In this document: piece after piece, positions 35,134 to 44,957 of the stretch
Layout: each line of letters starts with the position of its first letter
How positions within the stretch are numbered: position 1 is the stretch's first letter
Assembly (NCBI GenBank): GCA_903835385.1
Contig: CAILMQ010000015.1
Coordinates: forward strand, 1,252-65,251
Direction: 5' to 3'
DNA: 64,000 nucleotides
Source of the DNA: an uncultured Candidatus Micrarchaeota archaeon
GTDB taxonomy: Archaea; Micrarchaeota; Micrarchaeia; Anstonellales; Bilamarchaeaceae
Position numbers and translations under genes: made by a program
The notes under the pieces: model-generated
The model's database searches: none
What the model was told of the DNA's origin: nothing
Seen by the model: only the letters and a program-made list of their open reading frames with translations

Positions 35134-37095
35134 ATGATAGACGTAATCACATTCGCATTCCTGGCAGGGGTGGCCGCGCTGCTCTATGCCGGGCTGCTGA
35201 CATTCCAGGTGCTCAGATCACCCAAGGGGAATGACAAGATGCAGGAGATATCAGGCGCCATAAGGGAGGGCGCGAACGCCTTCCTCTCAAGGCAGTACAA
35301 GACTCTGGTGCCCATAGTCGCCCTGCTCGCATTGGTGATTGGATATTTCATAGGCATTAACACCGCCATCGCGTTCCTCGTGGGAGTTGTCTCCTCGGGC
35401 CTGGCGGGATATGTAGGCATGCAGGTCTCGGTGCGCAGCAACGTCCGCGTGGCCGAGGCTGCGAAGGGCGGCCTCGCGTCCGCGCTTTCCCTGGCTTTCA
35501 AGGGAGGCGCGGTGACCGGCATGGCGCTGGTGGGCTTGGGCCTAATCGGCCTGAGCGTGCTCTACAAGACGTTCGGGCTCGTGCCGCTCATAGGCTACGG
35601 GTTCGGCGCCTCGCTCATCTCGCTTTTCGCAAGGGTGGGCGGAGGCATATACACCAAGGCGGCGGATGTCGGCGCAGACCTTGTGGGCAAGGTGGAGGCT
35701 GGCATTCCTGAGGACGACCCCAGGAACCCCGCCGTTATCGCGGACAACGTCGGCGACAACGTGGGGGACTGCGCAGGCATGGCCGCGGACGTGTTCGAAT
35801 CGTTCGTGGTGACCGTCATCGCCGCGATGCTGCTCGGAGCGACCATTTCAGGAGGATACGAAATCATACCCCTCGGCATAGCCGCGCTCGGCGTGCTGGC
35901 CGGCATAGGAGGCTCGGTCTTCGTCAGATTGGGCAAGGACAAGAAAATCATGGGCGCATTCTACAACGGCATAATCGCGTCCACGCTCCTGATGCTCGCC
36001 TTCAGCTACGTGTACCTGAAGGACATGCAGCTGTTCCTGACCGTTTTCCTCGGCATGCTCGTGACACTGTCCATGTTCATGATAACCGAGTACTACACTG
36101 ACAAGGACCGCGGGCCCGTCAGGAGGATAGCCGAGGCGGCGAAGACCGGGGCGGGCACGAATATCATATCCGGCCTTGCAATAGGCATGGAAGCAACCGG
36201 GCTGCCGGCACTGGTGATTGTTGCCGCAATAGCCATCGCGTTCAAGCTCGCCGGATTATACGGCATCGCGCTGGCCGCGGCAGCAATGCTGTCCATGAGC
36301 GGCATCGTGATAGCCGTGGATTCCTACGGCCCGATAACGGACAACGCGGGCGGGATAGCCGAGATGTCCGGGCTTCCGCCCAAGGTGCGCGAGGTCACGG
36401 ACCTGCTGGACGCGGTGGGCAACACCACCAAGGCGACCACCAAGGGCTATGCCATAGCCGGCGCGGCGCTCGGCGCCCTCGCCCTGTTCGTGGCATTCGC
36501 CAACGAGAGCAAGCTCACGAGCATCAACCTGCTCTCGCCACCCGTGGTCATGGGGCTCTTCATAGGAGCCATGCTGCCGTTCGTCTTCTCCTCGCTGCTC
36601 ATGACCGCGGTGGGAAGGGCGGCGTTCCAGATAGTGGAGGAGGTCCGCAGGCAGTTCCGCGAGATAAAGGGGCTGATGCAGGGCAAGGCAAGGGCTGACT
36701 ACGCTAAATGCGTTGACATCAGCACAGCCACCGCGCTCAGGGAGCTTGCGCTTCCCGGAATAATGGCGGTTGTGACTCCGCTCCTGGTCGGCTTCCTGTT
36801 CGGCGCTGCCGCCCTCGGCGGGTTGCTCGCCGGAGTGATAGCGTCCGGCTTCCTTCTGGCGCTGTTCTCCTGCACCTCGGGCGCGGCATGGGACAATGCC
36901 AAGAAGCTGATTGAAGGCGGAGAATACGGCGGCAAGGGCTCTGACACGCACAAGGCCGCAGTGGTCGGAGACACCGTGGGCGACCCGCTCAAGGACACCT
37001 CGGGCCCGGCGCTCAACGCGCTGATAAAGGTGGTGAACACGGTTTCGCTCGTGTTCGGCGCAATGATTGTGGCCAAGAGCCTGAACCTCATCTGA
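35134..37095 (+). CDS. hppA: membrane-bound proton/sodium-translocating pyrophosphatase
   Basis: About 653 aa, about 16 TM helices. GGGIYTKAADVGADLVGKVE, DNVGDNVGD, GNTTKA, DTVGDPLKD signatures. ATG at 35134 follows GAGGTGA with a 4-nt spacer (the track start TTG 35131 is too close). Confidence 0.95.
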   Translation: MIDVITFAFLAGVAALLYAGLLTFQVLRSPKGNDKMQEISGAIREGANAFLSRQYKTLVPIVALLALVIGYFIGINTAIAFLVGVVSSGLAGYVGMQVSVRSNVRVAEAAKGGLASALSLAFKGGAVTGMALVGLGLIGLSVLYKTFGLVPLIGYGFGASLISLFARVGGGIYTKAADVGADLVGKVEAGIPEDDPRNPAVIADNVGDNVGDCAGMAADVFESFVVTVIAAMLLGATISGGYEIIPLGIAALGVLAGIGGSVFVRLGKDKKIMGAFYNGIIASTLLMLAFSYVYLKDMQLFLTVFLGMLVTLSMFMITEYYTDKDRGPVRRIAEAAKTGAGTNIISGLAIGMEATGLPALVIVAAIAIAFKLAGLYGIALAAAAMLSMSGIVIAVDSYGPITDNAGGIAEMSGLPPKVREVTDLLDAVGNTTKATTKGYAIAGAALGALALFVAFANESKLTSINLLSPPVVMGLFIGAMLPFVFSSLLMTAVGRAAFQIVEEVRRQFREIKGLMQGKARADYAKCVDISTATALRELALPGIMAVVTPLLVGFLFGAAALGGLLAGVIASGFLLALFSCTSGAAWDNAKKLIEGGEYGGKGSDTHKAAVVGDTVGDPLKDTSGPALNALIKVVNTVSLVFGAMIVAKSLNLI

Positions 37096-37120
37096 TTTTT
37101 TTCTTTTCACTTTTATTTTC

Positions 37121-37729
37121 TTATTTGTGCTTGTGGTTTTTCAGCGCACGGATATCGGCCTTGTGCTTCCACCTCTCCGCAATCCCCAGTGCGTCCTCCA
37201 GTTCGCCGTTCCTTCCGGCGCCATGCGCAAGAAGCATGCGGATGACGCCTGCGCCGTAAGCTCCGGATGCGGCAGCGATGAGCGGCGTCTCTCCCCTCAC
37301 CCCCTCCGCGTTCACGTCGGCTCCCATTTCTACAAGGCGCCCTGCCTGCTCCTCGTCCCCGCACAAGGAGGCCATGACGAGCGCTTCGCAAAGCACCGCG
37401 CGGCGGTACCTCCCACGCAGCCCGCTTATCGCGTCCGCATCCTGGCCGCGGGCCATCGCATCCAGCGTCTTGCTGACGTCGTCCTGCCCCCCCACCATGC
37501 CCATGAGGTCTGGCTTCCTGAACGTGCACGCGAACCTTAACGCGGCCCACCTGAAATCGAAACGGAGGCCGCAAATCCCATGGATTGTGCTGCTCTCCCT
37601 CACCACCAACCCGAATGCCGCATTGCCGCCGCCATCAAGCGCCTCACGGAGCCTTGCCGGCAGGCCTGCCGGCCCTTCAGAAGAAGACCGTTCCTTTTCC
37701 CTCGCCCAGCTGCACCGCCTGCCCCTCAT
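37121..37729 (-). CDS. ankyrin-repeat protein
   Basis: The C-terminal half has about 2-3 ANK repeats (GADVNAEGVRGETPLIAAA...VIRMLLAHGA). The start is uncertain (possibly MGMVGGQDD). Confidence 0.6.
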   Translation of the reverse strand: MRGRRCSWAREKERSSSEGPAGLPARLREALDGGGNAAFGLVVRESSTIHGICGLRFDFRWAALRFACTFRKPDLMGMVGGQDDVSKTLDAMARGQDADAISGLRGRYRRAVLCEALVMASLCGDEEQAGRLVEMGADVNAEGVRGETPLIAAASGAYGAGVIRMLLAHGAGRNGELEDALGIAERWKHKADIRALKNHKHK

Positions 37730-37889
37730 CCCGGTCTGCCTATCGCCTGACTTCCAACCACCCGTGCGCCATTTTTACACCTCCTGCTATCGCGGTTTCT
37801 ACGTGGGCTTCTGCATCAAAACTTTATAAACCGGCGTAACAAAAATTAATTTTCACTTTCATTTTTATTCTCTTTCCCTTATCCTACCC

Positions 37890-39263
37890 TTGATGTGCTA
37901 CGCGATTCCGGGACGAATTGTTTCCATTCAAGGCAGGACCGCCACCATAGACTATTTCGGCGAGAGGAGGGAAGCTGGCATAATTGAAACCGGAAACTGG
38001 GCACTGAAAACAGGAAACTACGTCTATGCGCAGGGCGGAATCGTAGTGGACAGGATTGCGGAATCCGACGCGCTCGCGATTCTCGAATCGTGGAAGGGGC
38101 GTTTTTTTGAATTGAAGAAAAGGGATGCCGGGATTGCTGAAACAGCAAAAACAAAAAAAATAAAGAATAATGGCTCGCTCGCGTCCGTTCTTGACAAGGC
38201 GGAATCCGGCGCTTTGCTCACGAGAAGGGACATGGAGACCGTAATTACTGCGGAGAAGCCGTCTCTCGAGCCTCTTTATGCGTCTGCGAACCGCGTCCGC
38301 TCGCGCGAGCTCGGCAATTCCTGCTGCGTGCACGGCATAATAGAGTTTTCAAACAACTGCAAGAACGGGTGCGCGTACTGCGGAATAAACAAAAACAACA
38401 CGAAACTCGCCCGCTATCGCATGGGCGCGGATGAGATAGTGGAGCGGGCGGAATATGCGGTGAAGGAGCTCGGGTTCCGCGCACTCGTATTGCAGTCAGG
38501 CGAGGATGACTACTACAGCGACGACGTTCTCGTTGATATTGTGAAGCGGATTCGCGAACAATGCGGCATCCTCATTTTCATGTCAATAGGGGAGCGCCCG
38601 TTTGAGTGCTATAAAAAACTATACGGGGCGGGCGCGTATGGCGCGCTTCTGAGGTTCGAGACGTCAAACCCGAAAATATATTCCATGGTGCGGCCGGGAA
38701 AGCGGCTGGAGGAACGCCTCGCCCTAATCAGGAAGCTGATTGCAGCCGGTTTCGTGGTGGCAACCGGCTTCCTCGTCGGGCTTCCGGGAGCCACGGAGCA
38801 GGACCTGATAAACGACATACTGCTCACCAAGTCCCTCAGGCCGGACATGTACTCGTTCGGACCGCTCATTCCGCATCCGCGGACCCTGCTCGCAGGAACG
38901 AAACCAATCGCCCCCGATTACGCGCTCAGGGCAATTGCGCTTTCGCGTTTCATTGACCCGAAAGCCAAAATCCTTGCAACCACTGCGCTTGAAACGCTCA
39001 ACAAGGGAAAAAAGGACGGGCTGCTCGCAGGGGCGAACTCGCTCATGATAAACCTGACTCCTGATAAGTACAAGCGGGATTATGATTTGTATCCGGGCAA
39101 GACAAAAGGCACGGGACTCGGGACACGAAACCCGAAACCAGGCACACAGGACACCGGACCTGGCACGCAGGATGAAATCCGCGAAACCCTCGGCCTCCTG
39201 TACTCTCTCGGCAGGGCGCCCACTGACATAGGGAAAATGGATGGTAACCATGTATTCGCATGA
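37890..39263 (+). CDS. hydE: HypC/HupF-like domain fused to a HydE-like radical SAM enzyme
   Basis: 457 aa. N-terminal ~75 aa MCYAIPGRIVSIQGRTATIDYFGERREAGI...GNYVYAQGGIVVDRIAESDA is HypC-like (MC.AIPG start). Then the CKNGCAYCGINKNNTKLARYRM radical-SAM CxxxCxxC in HydE/BioB-like context. Confidence 0.7.
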   Translation: MMCYAIPGRIVSIQGRTATIDYFGERREAGIIETGNWALKTGNYVYAQGGIVVDRIAESDALAILESWKGRFFELKKRDAGIAETAKTKKIKNNGSLASVLDKAESGALLTRRDMETVITAEKPSLEPLYASANRVRSRELGNSCCVHGIIEFSNNCKNGCAYCGINKNNTKLARYRMGADEIVERAEYAVKELGFRALVLQSGEDDYYSDDVLVDIVKRIREQCGILIFMSIGERPFECYKKLYGAGAYGALLRFETSNPKIYSMVRPGKRLEERLALIRKLIAAGFVVATGFLVGLPGATEQDLINDILLTKSLRPDMYSFGPLIPHPRTLLAGTKPIAPDYALRAIALSRFIDPKAKILATTALETLNKGKKDGLLAGANSLMINLTPDKYKRDYDLYPGKTKGTGLGTRNPKPGTQDTGPGTQDEIRETLGLLYSLGRAPTDIGKMDGNHVFA

Positions 39264-40620
39264 CGAAAAAAGGATAAACAACGTGCTCGCAGGCGCGAAG
39301 GCGCCGGACGACGCTCAACTGGACAGAATCCTGAAGAAGGCGGAGCTGAAGAAGGGCCTGGACCTGGAGGAATCCGCCGTCCTTCTGCAGGTTCGCAGCA
39401 TGGGGCAGCTGGAGCGCCTTTTCGCCTCTGCGGGAAAGGTGAAGAATGAAATTTATGGAAACCGGGTCGTGCTGTTCGCCCCCCTTTACATATCCGATTA
39501 CTGCGTGAACGACTGCGAATACTGCGGGTTCCACTGCAGGAGGGGGGCAATGGGCCGGAAAAGGCTGTCCGCGGAAGAGATACAAAAGCAGACCAGGGCA
39601 ATCATCGCCATGGGGCACAAGCGCATACTTCTTGAGGCCGGTGAGCATCCGGACACCACCATTGATTATGTGTGCGATGCCATAGGGCAGATTTACAGCA
39701 CGAAGCTGGGCAACGGGGAAATACGGCGCGTGAACGTGAACATCGCCGCCACCACGAAGGAAAACTACGTGAAGCTGAAGCGGGCTGGAATCGGGACCTA
39801 CCAGCTCTTCCAGGAAACGTACCATCGCAGGACATACGAAAAGCTGCACCGTGGGCCGAAAGCGGACTACGAACGCCAGCTTACGGCCCATGGCCGCGCG
39901 TTCGAGGCAGGAATAGACGATTACGGGATGGGCGTGCTGTTCGGCCTCTACGACCACAGGTTCGAGGTCCTTTCGCTGCTGGCCCATGCGAAGTACATGG
40001 AACTGCGATACGGCGTCGGCCCGCACACAATATCCATGCCGAGGTTTTGCCCGGCGCCTTCGGTGGCCTTCAGTCCCGGGTTCCCTGTCTCGGACGCGGA
40101 TTTCCTGAAGCTTATCGCAGTCATCCGGCTTTCGCTTCCCTACACGGGCATGATAATATCCACAAGGGAGACGCCGGAGATCCGCACGCAGGCGTTCCGC
40201 ATCGGCATATCCCAGGCAAGCGCCGCCTCCTGCACCTCGGTCGGCGGATACGGGGATTCCGGGAACGGGATTTTGGGGCAGTTCGAGCTCGGCGACCACC
40301 GGAACGTGGACTCCGTGGTCCGCTCGCTCATGTCCCAGGGCTTCATACCCTCCTTCTGCACAGCCTGCTACCGTTCCAGGCGCACCGGCGACGCGTTCAT
40401 GCGGCTCGCTAAAAGCGGGGACATCCACTATCTGTGCAGGCCCAATGCGATAATGACGTTCAAGGAGTTCCTGATGGACTATGCAAGCGCGGAAACGAGA
40501 AAAGACGGAGAGCGGATGATTGTGCGGGAAATAGAAAAAATCGAAAACACGGAGCGCAAACTCGAGACCAAAAAGCGCCTCGCGAGAATCGAACGCGGGG
40601 AGCGCGATTTGTTTTTTTAA
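39241..40620 (+). CDS. hydG: HydG-type radical SAM tyrosine lyase ([FeFe]-hydrogenase maturase family)
   Basis: 459 aa. YISDYCVNDCEYCGFHC radical-SAM motif plus C-terminal CTAC-x22-C (CX2CX22C), which distinguishes HydG from ThiH. Overlaps the preceding gene by 23 nt. Confidence 0.8.
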   Translation: MVTMYSHDEKRINNVLAGAKAPDDAQLDRILKKAELKKGLDLEESAVLLQVRSMGQLERLFASAGKVKNEIYGNRVVLFAPLYISDYCVNDCEYCGFHCRRGAMGRKRLSAEEIQKQTRAIIAMGHKRILLEAGEHPDTTIDYVCDAIGQIYSTKLGNGEIRRVNVNIAATTKENYVKLKRAGIGTYQLFQETYHRRTYEKLHRGPKADYERQLTAHGRAFEAGIDDYGMGVLFGLYDHRFEVLSLLAHAKYMELRYGVGPHTISMPRFCPAPSVAFSPGFPVSDADFLKLIAVIRLSLPYTGMIISTRETPEIRTQAFRIGISQASAASCTSVGGYGDSGNGILGQFELGDHRNVDSVVRSLMSQGFIPSFCTACYRSRRTGDAFMRLAKSGDIHYLCRPNAIMTFKEFLMDYASAETRKDGERMIVREIEKIENTERKLETKKRLARIERGERDLFF

Positions 40621-40639
40621 CTTGTTTTTTAGGCGATTG

Positions 40640-43387
40640 TCAGCGATACATCTCATTCTTCTTCGGAGCCGGGGGTGGAGGCGCTTCCTCATCGCCGCCT
40701 TCTCCGCGCTCGCCATAGACTGAGAGGAACTCGTCGTATTCGGCCAGCATGCCCTTTGTGATGGACGGCTTCCTCTTCCTGAGCAGCGAGAGCACGCTGT
40801 CCGTGGTCAGCTTCCCTTCCTGGCCCGCTATCCTGCCCCGGAGCACGACCATCTTCGCATCGCGGCAGACCAGGGCGATGTCCGCTCCGCTGAATCCCGG
40901 GGCCGCGTCAGCCAGCGCTTCCAGGTCCATGCCAGAGGCGAACTTGCCCAGATACAACCTGAACATGTCCACCCTTCCTTTCCCATCCGGCGGAGGTATG
41001 TAGAAAATCTTGTCGAACCTTCCCGGCCGCAGAAGCGCCGGGTCGAGCAGGCCGGGCTTGTTGGTCGCGGCCATCACCACCACGCCTTTTAGCTCCTTGA
41101 GCCCGTCCATCTCAGTGAGGAACTGGCCCACGATTTCGGACGAGGTAACGCCCCTGGCAGGCGCGAAGGTCTCTATCTCGTCTATGAATATTATGGCAGG
41201 CGGGTTCTCGCGGCCGCGGTTGAAGGTCTCCTTTATCACGGAGACCGCCTGGGTGTAGCCCCGCTGCATTATCTCGGCCCCTGACAGCGACTGGAACGAC
41301 GCCTTGAGCTCGTTGCAGGCGGCCTTCACTATGAGCGTCTTTCCTGTTCCGGGCGGGCCGAAGAGCAGTATGCCCTTGCTCGGCTTGATTTTCATCTCCT
41401 TCATCATGTCCTCGTGCAGCAGCGGCACCTCTATGGTCTCCAGCAGCGCCCTCTTGACGTCGTCCAGGCCCACCACGTCCCCCCACTTCACGACCTCGTC
41501 CGCTGGTTTCTCGGCCTTCTCGCTTCCCACCCTGCGCTCGAAGTCCAGCTTGAACTGCTCGTACAGGTCAAGGGAGGCCAGGGAGGTGCTGGGCTTGAGC
41601 GCCTCGACCACGGCCATGATGTGGGCCATGTTCACGGGCACGATTGCGTTGGCCTTCATCGCGTCCTTGCTGGCGAGCTTGACCGCCTCGTTCACGACGT
41701 TCTTTATGTCCGCGCCGGAGAACCGCTCGGTCTTCTGCGCAAGCCTGTCGAAATCCACGTCCTTGTCATATGGGAGCCTCTTCAGGTCCACCTTGAATAT
41801 CGCCTCGCGCGCCTTCTTGTCTGGAAGGTGCATGTATATTATCTTGTCCAGCCTCCCGGGGCGCAAAAGGGCGGTGTCAAGCTGCCCGGGCAGGTTGGTC
41901 GTGCCTATCACCAGGAGGGGGACCTTGCTTTTGGTCGCCCCGTCCATCTCGGTCAGAAGCGTGGACAGCACGCGGGGCGCGACATCATCCGAAGAGTATG
42001 CCTCCCTTTTTTTGCCTATCGCGTCTATCTCGTCAAAGAACAGGATTGTGGGCTTGCCCGATTTCCTCGCATCGTCAAACGCGTCCCGGACGTTCTTCTC
42101 GCTCTCCCCGAGCCACTGGGACATTATCTCCGTGGTCTTGATTTCTATGAAGAAGTACCCTATTTCCCTCGCAAGGGCGCGCATGAGCATGGTTTTTCCG
42201 GTTCCGGGCGGGCCGAAGAGCAGCACGCCCGAGGGCGGCTTGATGTTGTACGCGAAGGCGAGTTCCTTCTTGTCCAGGGGCATTGCAATGGAGTCGCGGA
42301 GCTCCGCCTTCACGTCCTCGTAGCCGCCCACGTCGTCCATTGACTGCTCCGCCCCGCCGACGGACATGTCCTTGAATCCGAACTTTCCGAAGCTTTTGAG
42401 GCGCTCCTGGCTCTGCGCCTCCTTTTCCCTGCTTATGTGCAGCCCGAACTGCTCCATGACGCCGAGAACGATTATGGACGCCCCGACTGCAAAGGCGAGG
42501 CCGAAGGGGAAGCCCTGGCCCGAGAAAATCGCCATCACATAGTAGAAAGGCAGGACGCTGAGCAGGGCGAAGGAGGAAATGAGCTGGGGCCTGCGCTTTA
42601 TCAGGCCCGAGAAATAGGACGTTAGCCAGAGCGCGACCGCCCATGCAATCATCTGGAGGAATCCGGAATCGGAAAACAGGATGAGCGAGAGGTTCTTGAC
42701 CACCTGGGCAATGGCATTGTTCGTCTCGGTCAGCACTGCCGGCTTTACCAGCGAGGAAAGCGCGGTGGAAAAGCTTGCCGAGAGCGCCATGATGTCGGCG
42801 GCAGGCCTGGTGAACATGAGCGGCTGGTAGCCTGGCTGGTAGATGACGGTCCTGACCGGCATGTATGCCGAGTTCGGCACCAGCCACAATGAGGACAGCA
42901 GGAGTATGAGCAGGACGGATGGGACGGATATCGTTATGGATTTCTTCGACCCGAAATGCATCGCCGCCATGGCCATGCCCAGAATGGTTATCCATCCGAA
43001 GAGGGGGAACTGTGAGAAGGAGAAGGGCGCGAGCACGAGCACCTCCAATGACGCGAGTATCATCCAGTTCTCCCAGACCTCGAACATCGCCACTGCCAGG
43101 AAAAGAAGGAACACCCAGCCGAACACCGCGGACTGGAACGCGATTGCGGGCAGCGCCATGAGCATGCCCAGGATTACCGCGACCGGCGGCTGCTTGTATG
43201 CCACCGCGCCGCATGCCAGGGCCAGCAACGGCACCAGGTAAAACGGGTAGAACGGCACCGTCCCGAGCAGGAACAGCGCCCCGAAAAACACCAGCACGGC
43301 AGCCCAGAACTTCTCGTTCTCCTGGGCGAGTTTCACGTAGGCCATGACCTTCTGCCCGGCCATGGTCTTGGTTGCAACGACTGGCAT
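40640..43387 (-). CDS. polytopic membrane domain fused to tandem AAA+ ATPase domains (Cdc48/VCP-like D1-D2)
   Basis: N-terminal ~330 aa with about 8-10 TM helices. Two Walker A (GPPGTGKT x2), Walker B (LFFDEID, IFIDEIE) and SRH regions. Start uncertain (Met 43387 or 43363; the ORF is open to 43510 through low-complexity sequence). Confidence 0.85.
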   Translation of the reverse strand: MPVVATKTMAGQKVMAYVKLAQENEKFWAAVLVFFGALFLLGTVPFYPFYLVPLLALACGAVAYKQPPVAVILGMLMALPAIAFQSAVFGWVFLLFLAVAMFEVWENWMILASLEVLVLAPFSFSQFPLFGWITILGMAMAAMHFGSKKSITISVPSVLLILLLSSLWLVPNSAYMPVRTVIYQPGYQPLMFTRPAADIMALSASFSTALSSLVKPAVLTETNNAIAQVVKNLSLILFSDSGFLQMIAWAVALWLTSYFSGLIKRRPQLISSFALLSVLPFYYVMAIFSGQGFPFGLAFAVGASIIVLGVMEQFGLHISREKEAQSQERLKSFGKFGFKDMSVGGAEQSMDDVGGYEDVKAELRDSIAMPLDKKELAFAYNIKPPSGVLLFGPPGTGKTMLMRALAREIGYFFIEIKTTEIMSQWLGESEKNVRDAFDDARKSGKPTILFFDEIDAIGKKREAYSSDDVAPRVLSTLLTEMDGATKSKVPLLVIGTTNLPGQLDTALLRPGRLDKIIYMHLPDKKAREAIFKVDLKRLPYDKDVDFDRLAQKTERFSGADIKNVVNEAVKLASKDAMKANAIVPVNMAHIMAVVEALKPSTSLASLDLYEQFKLDFERRVGSEKAEKPADEVVKWGDVVGLDDVKRALLETIEVPLLHEDMMKEMKIKPSKGILLFGPPGTGKTLIVKAACNELKASFQSLSGAEIMQRGYTQAVSVIKETFNRGRENPPAIIFIDEIETFAPARGVTSSEIVGQFLTEMDGLKELKGVVVMAATNKPGLLDPALLRPGRFDKIFYIPPPDGKGRVDMFRLYLGKFASGMDLEALADAAPGFSGADIALVCRDAKMVVLRGRIAGQEGKLTTDSVLSLLRKRKPSITKGMLAEYDEFLSVYGERGEGGDEEAPPPPAPKKNEMYR

Positions 43388-43600
43388 GACGGGGACTACT
43401 CGGACATGGTTTTTAATAAGTGGTGTCGGGCTGGAACGATAAACAAAACCAAAAACACGAAAAACGAAAAGCGAAAACTGAATTCGGACGAATCGGGCGC
43501 TCGGACGCATGCTCGCACGGACGCGCGGCCGCTCGCGCGCCCGCGTTCGTTTTTTTTTATTTTTTTGTTTTTAGTTTTTTTTTATTTTTTGTTCATTTTT

Positions 43601-43861
43601 TTATTCAATCCTCATGTCCGGCTCAATGCGCCTCCAGCCCCCGTTCATGTACTGCCAGAGCTGCTTCATGCGCGAGTCATACACCAGGCTGTACTTGGAC
43701 GCGTCGTCCATGGGCCTGTCGATTTCAATCAGGACGAACCTGCGCATCCAGTCCATCTCGTCCCTGAACACGTTCCTCTCCAGGACGTAGATGCGGGCGC
43801 GCTCCTTCTTTATCTTCTCGCACCAGTCCATGACCTTCTTTATCTCATCCGGAGTCGGCAT
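43601..43861 (-). CDS. small hypothetical protein (86 aa)
   Basis: From the internal Met MPTPDEIKKVMDWCEKIKKE, 5 nt downstream of the DRG stop. No family recognised. Confidence 0.45.
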   Translation of the reverse strand: MPTPDEIKKVMDWCEKIKKERARIYVLERNVFRDEMDWMRRFVLIEIDRPMDDASKYSLVYDSRMKQLWQYMNGGWRRIEPDMRIE

Positions 43862-43866
43862 GACGT

Positions 43867-44949
43867 CTACCTCTTCACGATGCTTATTATGTCCCCGTCC
43901 AGAAGCGTGTGCTCCAGCCCCACGCGCTGGGCGGCGTGCTTCACGCTCTTGCCCCACACAAGCGCGTAGCGGAAGTTCTCCTTCAGGTCCCTGTGCAGCA
44001 GGGCGCAGAACTCGGCGACCGTGATGCCGGACTTCACTATCATGGGCTCGTCCAGGTCCGCCTTTTCCCTGCGCTTCTTGGTGAAAATCTTTATGAAGCG
44101 GAGCTTGTCGTATATCGCCTCCTTTAACCGCTCCATGCCCTCGTTCTTCTCCGCGGACACGATGACGTAGTCCTTGGGGAACTTCGCCAGCTCCTTCTTG
44201 TCCACCAAATCCGCCTTGTTCACCACGTAGACCGAGGGGATGTAGACTCGGTTGCCTTCCAGCACGTCTATGAATTCGTCGAGCGTGACGTTCTCCCGGA
44301 GCACGACGTCGGCATTGAACATGCGGTACTCGTTGAGCGCCGCCGTTATCTCGTTGTTGGTGATTTTAGTGATGGGCATCGTGGAATTGATGGTTATCCC
44401 GCCGCGCAGCATCCCCTTCACCACGACCGAGGGCCGGCGTGCGTTTATCCTTATGCCGAACCCGTAGAGCTCGCTCTCTATCACCCTGTGCTGCAAGGGA
44501 GCCGCGGCCTCTATCATTATCAGCACCAGGTCGGCGCTCCGGGCCACCGCGATGACCTCCCTTCCGCGGCCCCTCCCGTCCTTCGCGCCCTCTATTATGC
44601 CGGGAAGGTCGAGTATCTGTACCTTGGCCTGCCTGTATTCCATGATGCCGGGTATGCATTTGAGCGTGGTGAACGCGTAGGCTGCGGTCTTTGATTCCGC
44701 GTTCGTTATCCGGTTCAGGAGCGTGGACTTTCCCACGCTGGGCAGCCCGATTATGGCCACAGTGGCGTTGCCGGATTTCTTGACGTCGAAGCCGCCGCTG
44801 GCCGTGCCGTGCTTCTTCGGGCTCACCAGCTCACGCCGCAGCTTCGCGACCTTGGACTTGATTATGCCGATATGGTACTCCGTGGCCTTGTTCTTCTGCG
44901 TACGGCCGAGCTCGTCCTCCAGCTCCTTTATCTTATCCTGTATTCCCAT
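43867..44949 (-). CDS. DRG/Rbg-family GTPase (OBG-HflX superfamily) with C-terminal TGS domain
   Basis: 360 aa. GLPSVGKSTLLN (G1), DLPGII (G3), NKAD (G4), C-terminal TGS-like KSGITVAEFCALLHRDL...GDIISI. Confidence 0.9.
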   Translation of the reverse strand: MGIQDKIKELEDELGRTQKNKATEYHIGIIKSKVAKLRRELVSPKKHGTASGGFDVKKSGNATVAIIGLPSVGKSTLLNRITNAESKTAAYAFTTLKCIPGIMEYRQAKVQILDLPGIIEGAKDGRGRGREVIAVARSADLVLIMIEAAAPLQHRVIESELYGFGIRINARRPSVVVKGMLRGGITINSTMPITKITNNEITAALNEYRMFNADVVLRENVTLDEFIDVLEGNRVYIPSVYVVNKADLVDKKELAKFPKDYVIVSAEKNEGMERLKEAIYDKLRFIKIFTKKRREKADLDEPMIVKSGITVAEFCALLHRDLKENFRYALVWGKSVKHAAQRVGLEHTLLDGDIISIVKR

Positions 44950-44957
44950 GGCCGTCT

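Noticed and set aside
39241-40620. Annotation as ThiH (thiamine tyrosine lyase) rather than HydG
   Set aside because: The C-terminal CTAC-x22-C motif counted in the translation is the auxiliary-cluster signature of HydG and is absent from ThiH. The adjacency to a HydE-like gene supports HydG.
43511-43600. Gene or RNA in the long T-rich tract (tttttttttatttttttgtttttagttttttttt...)
   Set aside because: Pure low-complexity AT-rich spacer between two minus-strand genes. The overlapping ORFs (43406-43969, 43420-43767) translate to poly-Phe/Leu nonsense. It is probably a promoter or spacer region.
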